Below, in pieces: positions 10,321 to 18,552 of a DNA stretch of 32,000 nt (position 1 is its first letter; every line of letters starts with the position of its first letter). This stretch comes from Synechococcus sp. A15-28 (GTDB lineage: Bacteria; Cyanobacteriota; Cyanobacteriia; PCC-6307; Cyanobiaceae). Location: assembly GCF_014280175.1 (NCBI RefSeq), contig NZ_CP047931.1:1-32000 (forward strand). Reading direction: 5' to 3'. The position numbers and the translations under genes were made by a program. Below the pieces are notes generated by a model that was not told the DNA's origin, did no database searches, and saw nothing but the letters and a program-made list of their open reading frames with translations.

Positions 10321-10980
10321 GTGGCTTCAACGGAAACAGGAGCAACGGATAGCCGTCTGGCGCCGCTGCTGCGCTGGCTCGGCCTCACCATGGTCGTGAT
10401 TCTGTTGCTGCAGTTAGCCGCCGTCCTTGTGGGGATCGACTGGTCGGATGACAGCACGCGGCCCCAGGTGACCGGTCCGCTGGTGGCCCTGGCTCCGTTG
10501 GGATTTCTTGGGCTTCTGGTGGCCTTGTTGGGTTCACGCTTGGAGATCCCCCATCGTCGCCACACGCCTCTGCGGTGGGTGATCTGCTGTCTTTCCAGTC
10601 TTCTTGCGCTGGGGATGCTGGTGGCGATTCCGTTTTCCCTGGATGGAGAATCCGCTGACCCAGCCCAGGCTCAGAACCTCGAGCAGGGCCGTCAGGCCCT
10701 CGTCGAAGCCAGGCAGTTCCGTGAGGATGATCAACGGGTCAAGGCCGTTGGTGAACAACTGGCGCAGGCAGGTCAGCTGGCGGCTGACGCCAGTGATGAA
10801 GACAAGGTCAAAGCTGCTGAAACGTTGATCGATGAGCAGATCGCGCAGATGGATCAGCAGCTCAAGAAAGTTGAGGGTCAACAGAGGCGCCTGAGCCAGC
10901 AACGGTTGATCGGCGGCACGGCCAGTGCCGTGGTTCTGGCCGTGACCTTTGTTTTGATGGCGCTCACGGCGGTGCTCTGA
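10321..10980 (+). CDS. hypothetical integral membrane protein with central coiled-coil-like segment
   Basis: 219-aa ORF with GTG start. Three N-terminal hydrophobic helices, a Gln/Glu/Ala-rich central region (AQNLEQGRQALVEARQFRED...QQLKKVEGQQRRL) and a C-terminal hydrophobic helix. It may belong to the cyanobacterial HpsJ-like family, but that is an unverified recollection. Confidence 0.6.
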   Translation: MASTETGATDSRLAPLLRWLGLTMVVILLLQLAAVLVGIDWSDDSTRPQVTGPLVALAPLGFLGLLVALLGSRLEIPHRRHTPLRWVICCLSSLLALGMLVAIPFSLDGESADPAQAQNLEQGRQALVEARQFREDDQRVKAVGEQLAQAGQLAADASDEDKVKAAETLIDEQIAQMDQQLKKVEGQQRRLSQQRLIGGTASAVVLAVTFVLMALTAVL

Positions 10981-10990
10981 TCGCTGGTTA

Positions 10991-11045
10991 GGTTGGTCTG
11001 ACTCAATCGATCCCAGGCGCAGAGGCTCCTTGGTCCAGACCAACC
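10991..11045. repeat. 10-bp perfect inverted repeat (GGTTGGTCTG ... CAGACCAACC), 35-nt spacer
   Basis: Read directly. Left arm 10991-11000, right arm 11036-11045. The right arm covers codons 3-6 of the DUF502 ORF. Confidence 0.5.
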
Positions 11046-11764
11046 CCAGGCCTGATCTGCCGTTGTCCTCCAGGCTTCGGCAGGATCTCAAAAATGATCT
11101 GATCGCTGGACTGCTGGTGGTCATTCCACTGGCGACCACCATCTGGCTTTCCACGGTGGTCAGTCGCTTTGTGCTGGCGTTTCTGACGTCTGTTCCAAAG
11201 CAGCTCAATCCATTCATCACCCTTAATCCTCTGCTTCAGGATCTGATCAACCTGGCGCTCGGTCTCACCGTTCCCCTGATGGGGATCCTGCTGATCGGAC
11301 TGATGGCCAGGAACATTGTCGGCCGCTGGCTGCTGGAGTTCGGTGAGGGCACCCTCAGCCGTATTCCTTTCGCTGGTTCGGTTTACAAAACGCTCAAGCA
11401 GCTGTTGGAAACGTTTTTGAGGGATAACTCAACGCGTTTTCGGCGGGTTGTTCTGGTCGAATATCCCCGCGAAGGATTGTTCAGTGTCGGCTTTGTCACG
11501 GGAGAGGTTGGACCCTCCTTGCGTTCGGATCTCGATCAACCGCTCTTGAGTGTGTTCATTCCGACGGCTCCCAACCCCACGACGGGTTGGTACACCCTTG
11601 TGCCAGAAGCAGGTGTTCGTGAGCTGAACATCAGCGTTGAAGAGGCGTTCCGCACCATCATTTCCGCCGGCATCGTCAATCCCGATGATCGTGAAGCACC
11701 GGTGAATCGCAGTTTCTCCAGCCTGATTGCCCAGTTGCGGGCATCGGCCTCCCCCTCCAGTTGA
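11030..11764 (+). CDS. DUF502-family membrane protein
   Basis: 244-aa ORF. N-terminal helix with IPLATTIWL, then VYKTLKQLLETF, VVLVEYPREGLFSVGFVTGE and VFIPTAPNPTTGWY, which match my memory of DUF502. TTG start is uncertain. Confidence 0.75.
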   Translation: MVQTNPRPDLPLSSRLRQDLKNDLIAGLLVVIPLATTIWLSTVVSRFVLAFLTSVPKQLNPFITLNPLLQDLINLALGLTVPLMGILLIGLMARNIVGRWLLEFGEGTLSRIPFAGSVYKTLKQLLETFLRDNSTRFRRVVLVEYPREGLFSVGFVTGEVGPSLRSDLDQPLLSVFIPTAPNPTTGWYTLVPEAGVRELNISVEEAFRTIISAGIVNPDDREAPVNRSFSSLIAQLRASASPSS

Positions 11765-11767
11765 TCT

Positions 11768-12403
11768 ATGGCCACCCGATCTCTTGCCCGTGAGCTGGCC
11801 TTGCTTGTGCTCGGTCAGGTTTCTGATCAAAAACCCATTGCGATGGCCGATCTGGCCATGGATTCAGTGCTGGAAAAGGCGCTGGAAAGCCTCATGCAGC
11901 ACTGGCGCGAATCGCTGGACTCCAGTGCTTCCGAGCTGGAGCAGGCTCAGCAGACACTTTTGGATAGTGAACTCAAGGGTGATGCCTCCGCAGGGATGCC
12001 CACGAGTCGGGATCATCTGCGCAGCTGTTTGACCATGGCGGAGCAGGTGCTCAATGGTTTGTCCGCCAGCCTTGAACTGCCTCGCTTGCTGATGCTGGGG
12101 GATCAGGAGCAGATTCGCCATGGTGCGATGGAGCGCGTTTCATGCGTTCTGGACAAGCGCGATCGCATTGATGCCGAGCTCGATTTAGTGATGGAGGGAT
12201 GGCGGCTCAGCCGGCTTCCGCGTCTCGATCGCGACATCCTGCGGTTGGCGGTTGTTGATCTTCGCGATCTGGGCACACCGGCACCTGTTGCCTTCAGTGA
12301 AGCTGTTGAGCTCGCCAATCGCTACAGCGATGAACAGGGTCGCCGGATGATCAACGGTGTCCTGAGACGGTTCCACGATGCAGCGTCCAAGGCGGTGGGC
12401 TGA
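11768..12403 (+). CDS. nusB: transcription antitermination factor NusB
   Basis: 211-aa ORF with ATG at 11768. N-terminal RSLARELALLVLGQ and C-terminal AVELANRYSDEQGRRMINGVLRR. Long cyanobacterial-type NusB. Confidence 0.9.
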   Translation: MATRSLARELALLVLGQVSDQKPIAMADLAMDSVLEKALESLMQHWRESLDSSASELEQAQQTLLDSELKGDASAGMPTSRDHLRSCLTMAEQVLNGLSASLELPRLLMLGDQEQIRHGAMERVSCVLDKRDRIDAELDLVMEGWRLSRLPRLDRDILRLAVVDLRDLGTPAPVAFSEAVELANRYSDEQGRRMINGVLRRFHDAASKAVG

Positions 12404-13836
12404 TGGTTTACGACTGGTTCAACCGCGGTGGTGTCGAACAGCCGGGACCAACACCGGCTCCTGAATCCACACCGGAACCGACGACCGAACCGGTCGCGGC
12501 ATCACCCGAAGACGATGCCTTGGCGTGGGCCCGTGAGGCCTATGCCCGCCTTAAGGCGCAACAGGCCCAGGCTGCTGAGACTCAGCCATCCCCGACTCCT
12601 CCTCCGACATCACCCCCCCCTCCGACACCTGCACCGGAGCCAACGCCAACTCCAACGCCAACTCCAACTCAGGGTCTGTCCCTGCTTGAACAGGCTGCTG
12701 CTCAGCGGCAGCAACGGCAGCAGGATCTTGACGCCAGAGCTCTGGAGCCTGAGCCGACACCAACACCAACACCAATTTCACCGCCGGTTCAAACCGCTGA
12801 GGTTTCCGACGAACCCTCCCTCGGTGACTTCGATGAGGATTTCACCTGGTCAGCGGAGGTGCTCGCCGCGCAGGGACGGCGTGTGGATGACATCTCGTTG
12901 GAGGAGATCGATTGGCTGGGTCGACTCCGCCGTGGCCTTGAAAAAACGCGACAGGGATTCGTCAGCGGTCTGCTGGAGAACCTGGGTGACGATCCCCTCA
13001 CGCCGGAGGTCCTCGATGATCTGGAAACACTGCTCCTCCGCGCCGATGCCGGGGTTCAGGCAACGGATCAGTTGCTTGATGCCCTGCGTCAGCGCATGAA
13101 CGTGGAGGTGGTGGATCCTGCTGAGGGCATCCGCTTCCTCAAGGAACAGCTTCGCGGTTTGCTGGATGCACCGATTGCCGCCAGTGGCGCTCAACTGCTC
13201 GCCCCTGAACGGGATCGCCTCAACATCTGGTTGATGGTTGGTGTGAATGGGGTGGGCAAGACCACGACCCTTGGCAAGTTGGCCAACCTTGCGGTGCGAA
13301 GTGGTTACTCGGCCTTGATCGCTGCAGCGGACACCTTTCGCGCTGCCGCGGTTCAGCAGGTTCAGGTCTGGGGTGAGCGCAGTGATGTGCCAGTGGTCTC
13401 CAATCCCAGCAACAACGCGGATCCCGCAGCTGTGGTGTTCGATGCCATTGGTTCTGCCCGGTCGCGGGGAACCGACCTACTGCTCGTGGATACAGCCGGG
13501 CGCTTGCAGACCAAGCACAACCTTATGGAGGAGCTGCAGAAGGTCCGCAAGATCATTGACCGCCTGGCGCCGGAGGCCAAGGTGGAATCGCTCCTGATTC
13601 TGGATGCCAGTCAGGGGCAGAACGGACTGCGACAGGCGATGGCTTTTGCTGAAGCCGCAGGGTTGACAGGGGTTGTGATCACCAAGCTCGATGGCACAGC
13701 CCGAGGTGGTGTTGCCCTTGCTGTGTCGTCAGAAGCCGGTTTACCAATTCGCTTCATCGGGGCTGGTGAAGGAATCCGCGATCTCCGACCCTTCAACAGC
13801 TACGAATTCGTTGAAGCTTTGCTGGCCGGACGCTGA
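12403..13836 (+). CDS. ftsY: signal recognition particle receptor FtsY
   Basis: 477-aa ORF whose ATG overlaps the nusB TGA (TGATG). SRP GTPase motifs GVNGVGKTTTLGKLA, DTAGRL and TKLDGTARGG. The N-terminal region is long and Pro/Thr/Glu-rich. Confidence 0.95.
   Translation: MVYDWFNRGGVEQPGPTPAPESTPEPTTEPVAASPEDDALAWAREAYARLKAQQAQAAETQPSPTPPPTSPPPPTPAPEPTPTPTPTPTQGLSLLEQAAAQRQQRQQDLDARALEPEPTPTPTPISPPVQTAEVSDEPSLGDFDEDFTWSAEVLAAQGRRVDDISLEEIDWLGRLRRGLEKTRQGFVSGLLENLGDDPLTPEVLDDLETLLLRADAGVQATDQLLDALRQRMNVEVVDPAEGIRFLKEQLRGLLDAPIAASGAQLLAPERDRLNIWLMVGVNGVGKTTTLGKLANLAVRSGYSALIAAADTFRAAAVQQVQVWGERSDVPVVSNPSNNADPAAVVFDAIGSARSRGTDLLLVDTAGRLQTKHNLMEELQKVRKIIDRLAPEAKVESLLILDASQGQNGLRQAMAFAEAAGLTGVVITKLDGTARGGVALAVSSEAGLPIRFIGAGEGIRDLRPFNSYEFVEALLAGR
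12640..12669 (+). repeat. hexanucleotide repeat (CCAACK)x5 encoding PTPTPTPTPT inside ftsY
   Basis: Read directly: ccaacg ccaact ccaacg ccaact ccaact. A second related run, ccgaca ccaaca ccaaca ccaatt, lies at 12754-12777. A C8 homopolymer lies at 12613-12620. Confidence 0.8.
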
Positions 13837-13873
13837 GGCGTTGCTACGTTTCGGCTCCTGAGGGGGCTGAGCC

Positions 13874-15295
13874 GTGAGCAGCAAGCCGCCTCGCCGGCAT
13901 TCCACTCCACCCCTGCGCGGTGTCACACCAGCCCCGCAGGCGATGGCGTCGCTGCGGCAGCTGTTCGACAGCTTGAGTCATGAGCAGCGGCGTAATCAGG
14001 ATCTTCTGGTGTCGCTGGGATTTGCTCAGCGCAGCTTCACCAACCTGAACCGTTTTCTGGAGTTGGTGCCCGTCGTGGCAGCCCGTCTCGTGGGAGTGCA
14101 AGGGGCGATTCTTGTGCCCTTCCAGACCGACGGTCGACTCTGGAGGGAGCAGTTGCAGGCGGTTCCCGCAGAGAGAAGTCAGGATTTACTGGGGCGTCTG
14201 GCGGCTTTCAAGCCAGGTCATGGTGCTGGTTTCGGTACCGATGACGATCAGCTGCTGTTGATGGATCGCTTGGTGCAGCAGCAGTGTCCGGGGGCAGGCA
14301 TCTTTGCCACTTCGGTGGTGGCACGGGGACGCTCTCGAGGGCGTTTGTACGTGTTTGAACCGTCGGGAGACCTCGTCTGGACCGATGTCCATCGCCGTCA
14401 TGTTCAGTTGGTGGCGGATCTGGTCGGTGTCGCGATTGAAAACGACCAGTTGCTCCAGGAGGCCCGCCGTCATGAACGGGTGGATCGTCAACTCAGCATC
14501 GGCGCGGAGATCCAGGCACAACTGCTGCCGGATCATTGCCCGGTGATTGAGGGAGTCGAACTGGCGGCACGCTGCCGACCTGCTTTTCAGGTTGGCGGTG
14601 ATTACTACGACTTCATTCCGACCCGTCCGGAACTCTCGGGCCGCCGTCGGGAACGGGGCCGTTGGGCCCTGGTGATGGGTGATGTGATGGGAAAGGGTGT
14701 GCCGGCTGGCCTGTTGATGACCATGCTGCGAGGCATGCTTCGGGCCGAGGTGCTCAGCGGACTGCCACCGGATCGAATCCTGCACGACCTGAACCAACTG
14801 GCTCAGGAGGATCTGGCCCAGTCCCACCGTTTCGTGACGCTGTTTTATTCGGATTTCGATCCCCGCAGCCGCCGCTTGCGTTACGCCAACGCAGCCCATA
14901 ACCCACCTCTGCTGTGGCGCGCCGAACGTCGGAGCATCAGTCGTTTGGATGCCGCAGGGTTGTTGATCGGTCTCCAACCCGAAGCGGACTACGGCCTCGG
15001 CGAGGTCCGCCTCGATCCAGGCGACGTTCTGCTTTACTACACCGACGGCGTCACCGAGGCTCCCGGCCTGACGGGCGACCGATTTGATGAAGCTCGTCTG
15101 ATCCGCACACTCGATGGTGCCTGCCGCAGTTGTCAGGGAGCCCAGGGGGTTTTGGACCATCTGTTTGATCGACTCGATCGTTTCGTCGGGGCGGATCACC
15201 ACTTGGAAGACGATGCCTCGATGGTGGTCCTCAAAGTTCCTGAGGCTGTCAGCCTGCCGAGTGTGTCGCCGTCCATCAGCCGCCTGACAAGCTGA
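13874..15295 (+). CDS. GAF-domain PP2C/SpoIIE-family serine phosphatase (RsbU-like)
   Basis: 473-aa ORF. C-terminal half has SpoIIE/PP2C motifs [34 protein letters not shown] and [10 protein letters not shown]. The N-terminal half is GAF-like. Start is GTG 13874 or ATG 13943. Confidence 0.85.
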   Translation: MSSKPPRRHSTPPLRGVTPAPQAMASLRQLFDSLSHEQRRNQDLLVSLGFAQRSFTNLNRFLELVPVVAARLVGVQGAILVPFQTDGRLWREQLQAVPAERSQDLLGRLAAFKPGHGAGFGTDDDQLLLMDRLVQQQCPGAGIFATSVVARGRSRGRLYVFEPSGDLVWTDVHRRHVQLVADLVGVAIENDQLLQEARRHERVDRQLSIGAEIQAQLLPDHCPVIEGVELAARCRPAFQVGGDYYDFIPTRPELSGRRRERGRWALVMGDVMGKGVPAGLLMTMLRGMLRAEVLSGLPPDRILHDLNQLAQEDLAQSHRFVTLFYSDFDPRSRRLRYANAAHNPPLLWRAERRSISRLDAAGLLIGLQPEADYGLGEVRLDPGDVLLYYTDGVTEAPGLTGDRFDEARLIRTLDGACRSCQGAQGVLDHLFDRLDRFVGADHHLEDDASMVVLKVPEAVSLPSVSPSISRLTS

Positions 15296-15315
15296 GGAGA
15301 TTGGCAGGGCAATCC

Positions 15316-16731
15316 ATGGCGGGTGTGACCGGTGGCGCCGCGGGCGCATGGAGTGATCGTTTTGAACAGGGACTTCATCCCTTCATCGAGGCGTTCAACG
15401 CATCCATCGGCTTTGATCTGACGTTGCTTCAGGAGGACCTGGACGGCTCCATTGCCCATGCCCGGATGCTGGCGAGCTGTGGGGTGATCGCTGAGGAGGA
15501 AGCTGTTCAGTTGGTGGAGGGTCTGGAAACCATCCGCTTGGAGGCAGCCGAGGGGCGCTTCAACCCAGGTCTGGCGGATGAAGATGTTCATTTCGCTGTG
15601 GAGCGGCGGCTGATCGCCTTGGTGGGGTCTGTTGGGAAAAAGCTCCACACAGGCCGCAGTCGCAATGATCAGGTGGGCACGGACCTTCGCCTCTGGTTGC
15701 GGCGACGGCTCGATGAGATCGATCACGATCTGCAGCGGCTTCAGAGGGCTCTGCTGGATCAGGCGGATCGCCACAAGGCCACTATGATTCCCGGTTACAC
15801 GCACCTGCAGCGCGCCCAGCCCCTGTGTCTGGCGCACCATCTGCTTGCCTACATCGAGATGCTGCAGCGGGATCGTGAGCGACTTCAAGACGTCCGCGGT
15901 CGCGTCAACATCTGTCCCCTCGGGGCTGCAGCTCTGGCAGGGACGCCCGTGCCGATCGATCGGCGCCGGACTGCGAACGACTTGGGTTTTGACGCGATTT
16001 ATGCCAACAGCCTCGACGCCGTCAGCGATCGGGATTTCTGCGTCGAATTTTCAACAGCAGCATCCCTGGTGATGGCCCATCTCAGCCGTCTTGCTGAGGA
16101 GGTGATCGCCTGGGCTTCGGAGGAATTCGGGTTTGTTCGGTTGAGTGATCGCTGTGCCACGGGCAGCAGCCTGATGCCGCAGAAGAAGAACCCCGATGTG
16201 CCGGAGTTGGTGCGGGGGAAATGCGGCCGCGTCTTTGGCCATGTGCAGGGACTGCTGACGATGATCAAAGGCCTTCCTTTGGCCTACAACAAGGATTTTC
16301 AGGAAGACAAGGAAGCACTGTTTGATGCCTATCGGACCACCCGAGACTGTGTTGAGGCGATGGCAATTTTGTTCGAGGAGGGGTTGGAGTTCCGCATCGA
16401 CCGTCTCAATCAGGCGGTGGAAAGTGATTTTTCCAATGCCACAGATGTGGCGGATTACCTGGTGGCTCGGGGTGTTCCCTTTCGCGAGGCTTATCAACTG
16501 GTTGGGGCTGTTGTGCGGCGCTGCCTCGATCGCGGTTGTCTGCTGCGGGAACTCAGCCTGGAGGAATGGAAGGACTTGCACCCTGCCTTCGAAGCCGATT
16601 TGCATGATGCACTCGCCCCCCGTGCGGTGGTGTCAGCCCGTCGCAGTGAAGGTGGAACAGGATTCGATCGCGTTCAAAAGCAGATCAAGCTCTGGCAAGA
16701 ACGCCTGAAAGATTCTGCAGTTGGTGGATGA
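15316..16731 (+). CDS. argH: argininosuccinate lyase
   Basis: Fumarate-lyase signature [16 protein letters not shown] and N-terminal [23 protein letters not shown] 15316 is preferred over the TTG 15301 of the ORF track. Confidence 0.95.
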   Translation: MAGVTGGAAGAWSDRFEQGLHPFIEAFNASIGFDLTLLQEDLDGSIAHARMLASCGVIAEEEAVQLVEGLETIRLEAAEGRFNPGLADEDVHFAVERRLIALVGSVGKKLHTGRSRNDQVGTDLRLWLRRRLDEIDHDLQRLQRALLDQADRHKATMIPGYTHLQRAQPLCLAHHLLAYIEMLQRDRERLQDVRGRVNICPLGAAALAGTPVPIDRRRTANDLGFDAIYANSLDAVSDRDFCVEFSTAASLVMAHLSRLAEEVIAWASEEFGFVRLSDRCATGSSLMPQKKNPDVPELVRGKCGRVFGHVQGLLTMIKGLPLAYNKDFQEDKEALFDAYRTTRDCVEAMAILFEEGLEFRIDRLNQAVESDFSNATDVADYLVARGVPFREAYQLVGAVVRRCLDRGCLLRELSLEEWKDLHPAFEADLHDALAPRAVVSARRSEGGTGFDRVQKQIKLWQERLKDSAVGG

Positions 16732-16856
16732 CTGCACTGCTCTACCGGGACTACGATTGACAAGTCAGCGGGTAGTCATGTCTTGTTCAAGTCATGCTCC
16801 GCTGGTGATGGCACAAGCCACTTCGGTTCTTTTCTCGTACCCGGTCCACTCAGAAC

Positions 16857-17519
16857 GTGAGCATTTTTGTCGGCAACCTTCCCTTCCGCGCTGAGCAGGA
16901 GGATGTCATTGAACTGTTTGCCCAGTTCGGCGAAGTCGCGAACTGTGCCCTTCCCCTGGAGCGGGACACCGGTCGAAAGCGTGGTTTTGCCTTTGTCGAG
17001 ATGGCTGATGAAGCCGTTGAAGACGCCGCGATTGAAGGGCTTCAGGGTGCTGAGCTGATGGGTCGCCCTCTTCGCATCAACAAAGCTGAGCCCCGCGGCA
17101 GCGCACCTCGTCGTGGTGGCGGTGGTTATGGCGGCGGCGGTGGTGGCGGTGGTGGCTACCGCGGCGGTGGTGGAGATGGTGGTTACGGCGGTGGCGGCGG
17201 TGGTGGCTACCGCGGCGGCGGTGGAGATGGTGGTTACGGCGGTGGCGGCGGCGGTGGCTACCGCGGTGGCGGTGGAGATGGTGGTTACGGCGGTGGCGGC
17301 GGCGGTGGCTACCGCGGTGGCGGTGGTTACGGCGGTGGTGGAGATGCCGGCGAACGGCGTTCCGGTGCCCGTGGCTGGGAAGACCGCAGCTATGGCGCCC
17401 GCGACAACGCTGGTGAAGCTGGTGGTGGAGATGACGACGGTCGCAGCCGTCGCCGTCGTGGCTCCTCCACCGGTGGTGGTGGCGACGATTATTCCGGATA
17501 TGGAGGTGCTGAGGGCTGA
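16857..17519 (+). CDS. RRM-type RNA-binding protein with long Gly/Tyr/Arg-rich tail
   Basis: 220-aa ORF. GTG is the only start after the in-frame upstream TGA at 16806-16808. RNP2 is IFVGNL and RNP1 is KRGFAFVEM. The C-terminal ~130 aa are low-complexity GGGYRGGGGDGGY repeats followed by an R/D/G/S-rich end. Confidence 0.9.
   Translation: MSIFVGNLPFRAEQEDVIELFAQFGEVANCALPLERDTGRKRGFAFVEMADEAVEDAAIEGLQGAELMGRPLRINKAEPRGSAPRRGGGGYGGGGGGGGGYRGGGGDGGYGGGGGGGYRGGGGDGGYGGGGGGGYRGGGGDGGYGGGGGGGYRGGGGYGGGGDAGERRSGARGWEDRSYGARDNAGEAGGGDDDGRSRRRRGSSTGGGGDDYSGYGGAEG
17151..17335 (+). repeat. 51-bp (17-codon) tandem repeat, three near-identical copies plus a fourth partial copy with a 9-nt deletion
   Basis: The TAC of the YRGG unit recurs at 17157, 17208, 17259 and 17310, an exact 51-nt period. 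Copies 1-3 differ only at synonymous GGC/GGT positions. Confidence 0.9.
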
Positions 17520-17560
17520 GGCCCTCAGAGGCCGGCGTCACGCAATTGCCGTCCGGCCTC
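17509..17560. terminator. two adjacent GC-rich hairpins at the convergent rbp/dusA junction (possible bidirectional terminator)
   Basis: Hairpin 1: CTGAGGGC (17509-17516), loop TGAG, GCCCTCAG (17521-17528); perfect 8 bp. Hairpin 2: GAGGCCGG (17528-17535), 17-nt loop, CCGGCCTC (17553-17560); perfect 8 bp. There is no U-tract, so terminator function is inferred only. Confidence 0.3.
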
Positions 17561-18517
17561 TTCCAGAACCGTGAGATCAGCTCCGGGCCGTTGAGCGCGT
17601 TCCCCCAGCTCTCGGCGCCAATGTCTGGCTCCCCTGACCCCTTCCACCAGTTGCACCAGGTGGCGACAGAGATCCCAGAGTCGACCGCCTCGGCTGAGGT
17701 GGGCGTAGGCATGGGGGATGAGGCCAGACACCACATCGGAGGCCAGGACCTTTCGGGCTGGTTCGCCGAAGACAAGGTTGTCCATCGATGCCCATCGCAG
17801 GGGGTGGGCATAGGCCGCCCGTCCCACCATGGCGCCATCACAGTGCGCGAGTGCTTGCAGACAATCGTCGGGTGACTCCAATCCGCCGTTCAGTTCGATG
17901 GTGAGGTGGGGCCGTCTCCGTTTCAGAGCCTGCACACGGTCGTGCTGCAGCGGGGGGATTGTCCGGTTCTGCTTCGGGTCCAGACCGTCCAGCCAGGCCT
18001 TGCGGGCATGCACCGAAAAACGGCTTGCCCCTGCCATCGCCACCCGGTCGACGAAGTCGGTCAGACGCTCATCGCTGTCAAGATCATCGATTCCGATGCG
18101 GTGTTTGACCGTCACCGGCAGTGAACTGGCCTTCGCCATGGCTTCAACACAGCGAGCCACCAGGTCCGGCTCCGCCATCAGACAGGCTCCGAAGTTGCCG
18201 GCTTGCACCTTCTGACTGGGGCAGCCCACGTTGAGGTTGATCTCGTCGTAGTTCCAGTCGCTGGCGAGCCGTGCGGCATCAGCCAGGAGCGCTGGGTCGT
18301 CTCCCCCCACCTGCAGAGCGATTGGATGCTCGACAGGGTCAAAATCCAGCAGCCTGTCGCGGCGGTTGGTGTGATGCAGAGCCTGCGCCACCACCATCTC
18401 GGAGTAGAGAAGGGCATGGCGGCTGATCTGTCGCATCAGCACGCGAAAATGACGGTCCGTGCAATCCAGCATCGGTGCCACGCTGAAGCGGTAGGCAGCG
18501 GTTTCGGCGGCGGTCAT
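17525..18517 (-). CDS. dusA: tRNA-dihydrouridine synthase A
   Basis: Motifs FSVAPMLDCTDRHFR and INLNVGCPS, with a DusA-like length. ATG 18517 (MTAAETAAYRF) is preferred. The ORF track's TTG 18559 would overlap the divergent msrB start. Confidence 0.9.
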   Translation of the reverse strand: MTAAETAAYRFSVAPMLDCTDRHFRVLMRQISRHALLYSEMVVAQALHHTNRRDRLLDFDPVEHPIALQVGGDDPALLADAARLASDWNYDEINLNVGCPSQKVQAGNFGACLMAEPDLVARCVEAMAKASSLPVTVKHRIGIDDLDSDERLTDFVDRVAMAGASRFSVHARKAWLDGLDPKQNRTIPPLQHDRVQALKRRRPHLTIELNGGLESPDDCLQALAHCDGAMVGRAAYAHPLRWASMDNLVFGEPARKVLASDVVSGLIPHAYAHLSRGGRLWDLCRHLVQLVEGVRGARHWRRELGERAQRPGADLTVLEEAGRQLRDAGL

Positions 18518-18552
18518 GAATCCATTAGAACCTTCTGAGACGACTGTTTGAG

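Noticed and set aside
14186-15349. 387-aa minus-strand ORF antisense to the PP2C phosphatase gene
   Set aside because: Same shadow-ORF pattern. No family motifs are present, and the plus strand carries a complete SpoIIE/PP2C motif set.
16757-16762. Consensus -35 hexamer TTGACA upstream of the RRM gene, considered as a promoter
   Set aside because: No acceptable -10 hexamer lies 16-18 nt downstream (gtcttg, tgtctt, tcttgt). A single hexamer match is not enough evidence.
17077-17841. 254-aa His/Arg-rich minus-strand ORF (HRRRHRRNHHLH repeats) and 153-aa Ala/Val-rich plus-strand ORF over the glycine-repeat region
   Set aside because: These are alternative-frame readings of the GGN-rich tandem repeat in the RRM gene. 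They are artefacts of the repeat, not independent genes.
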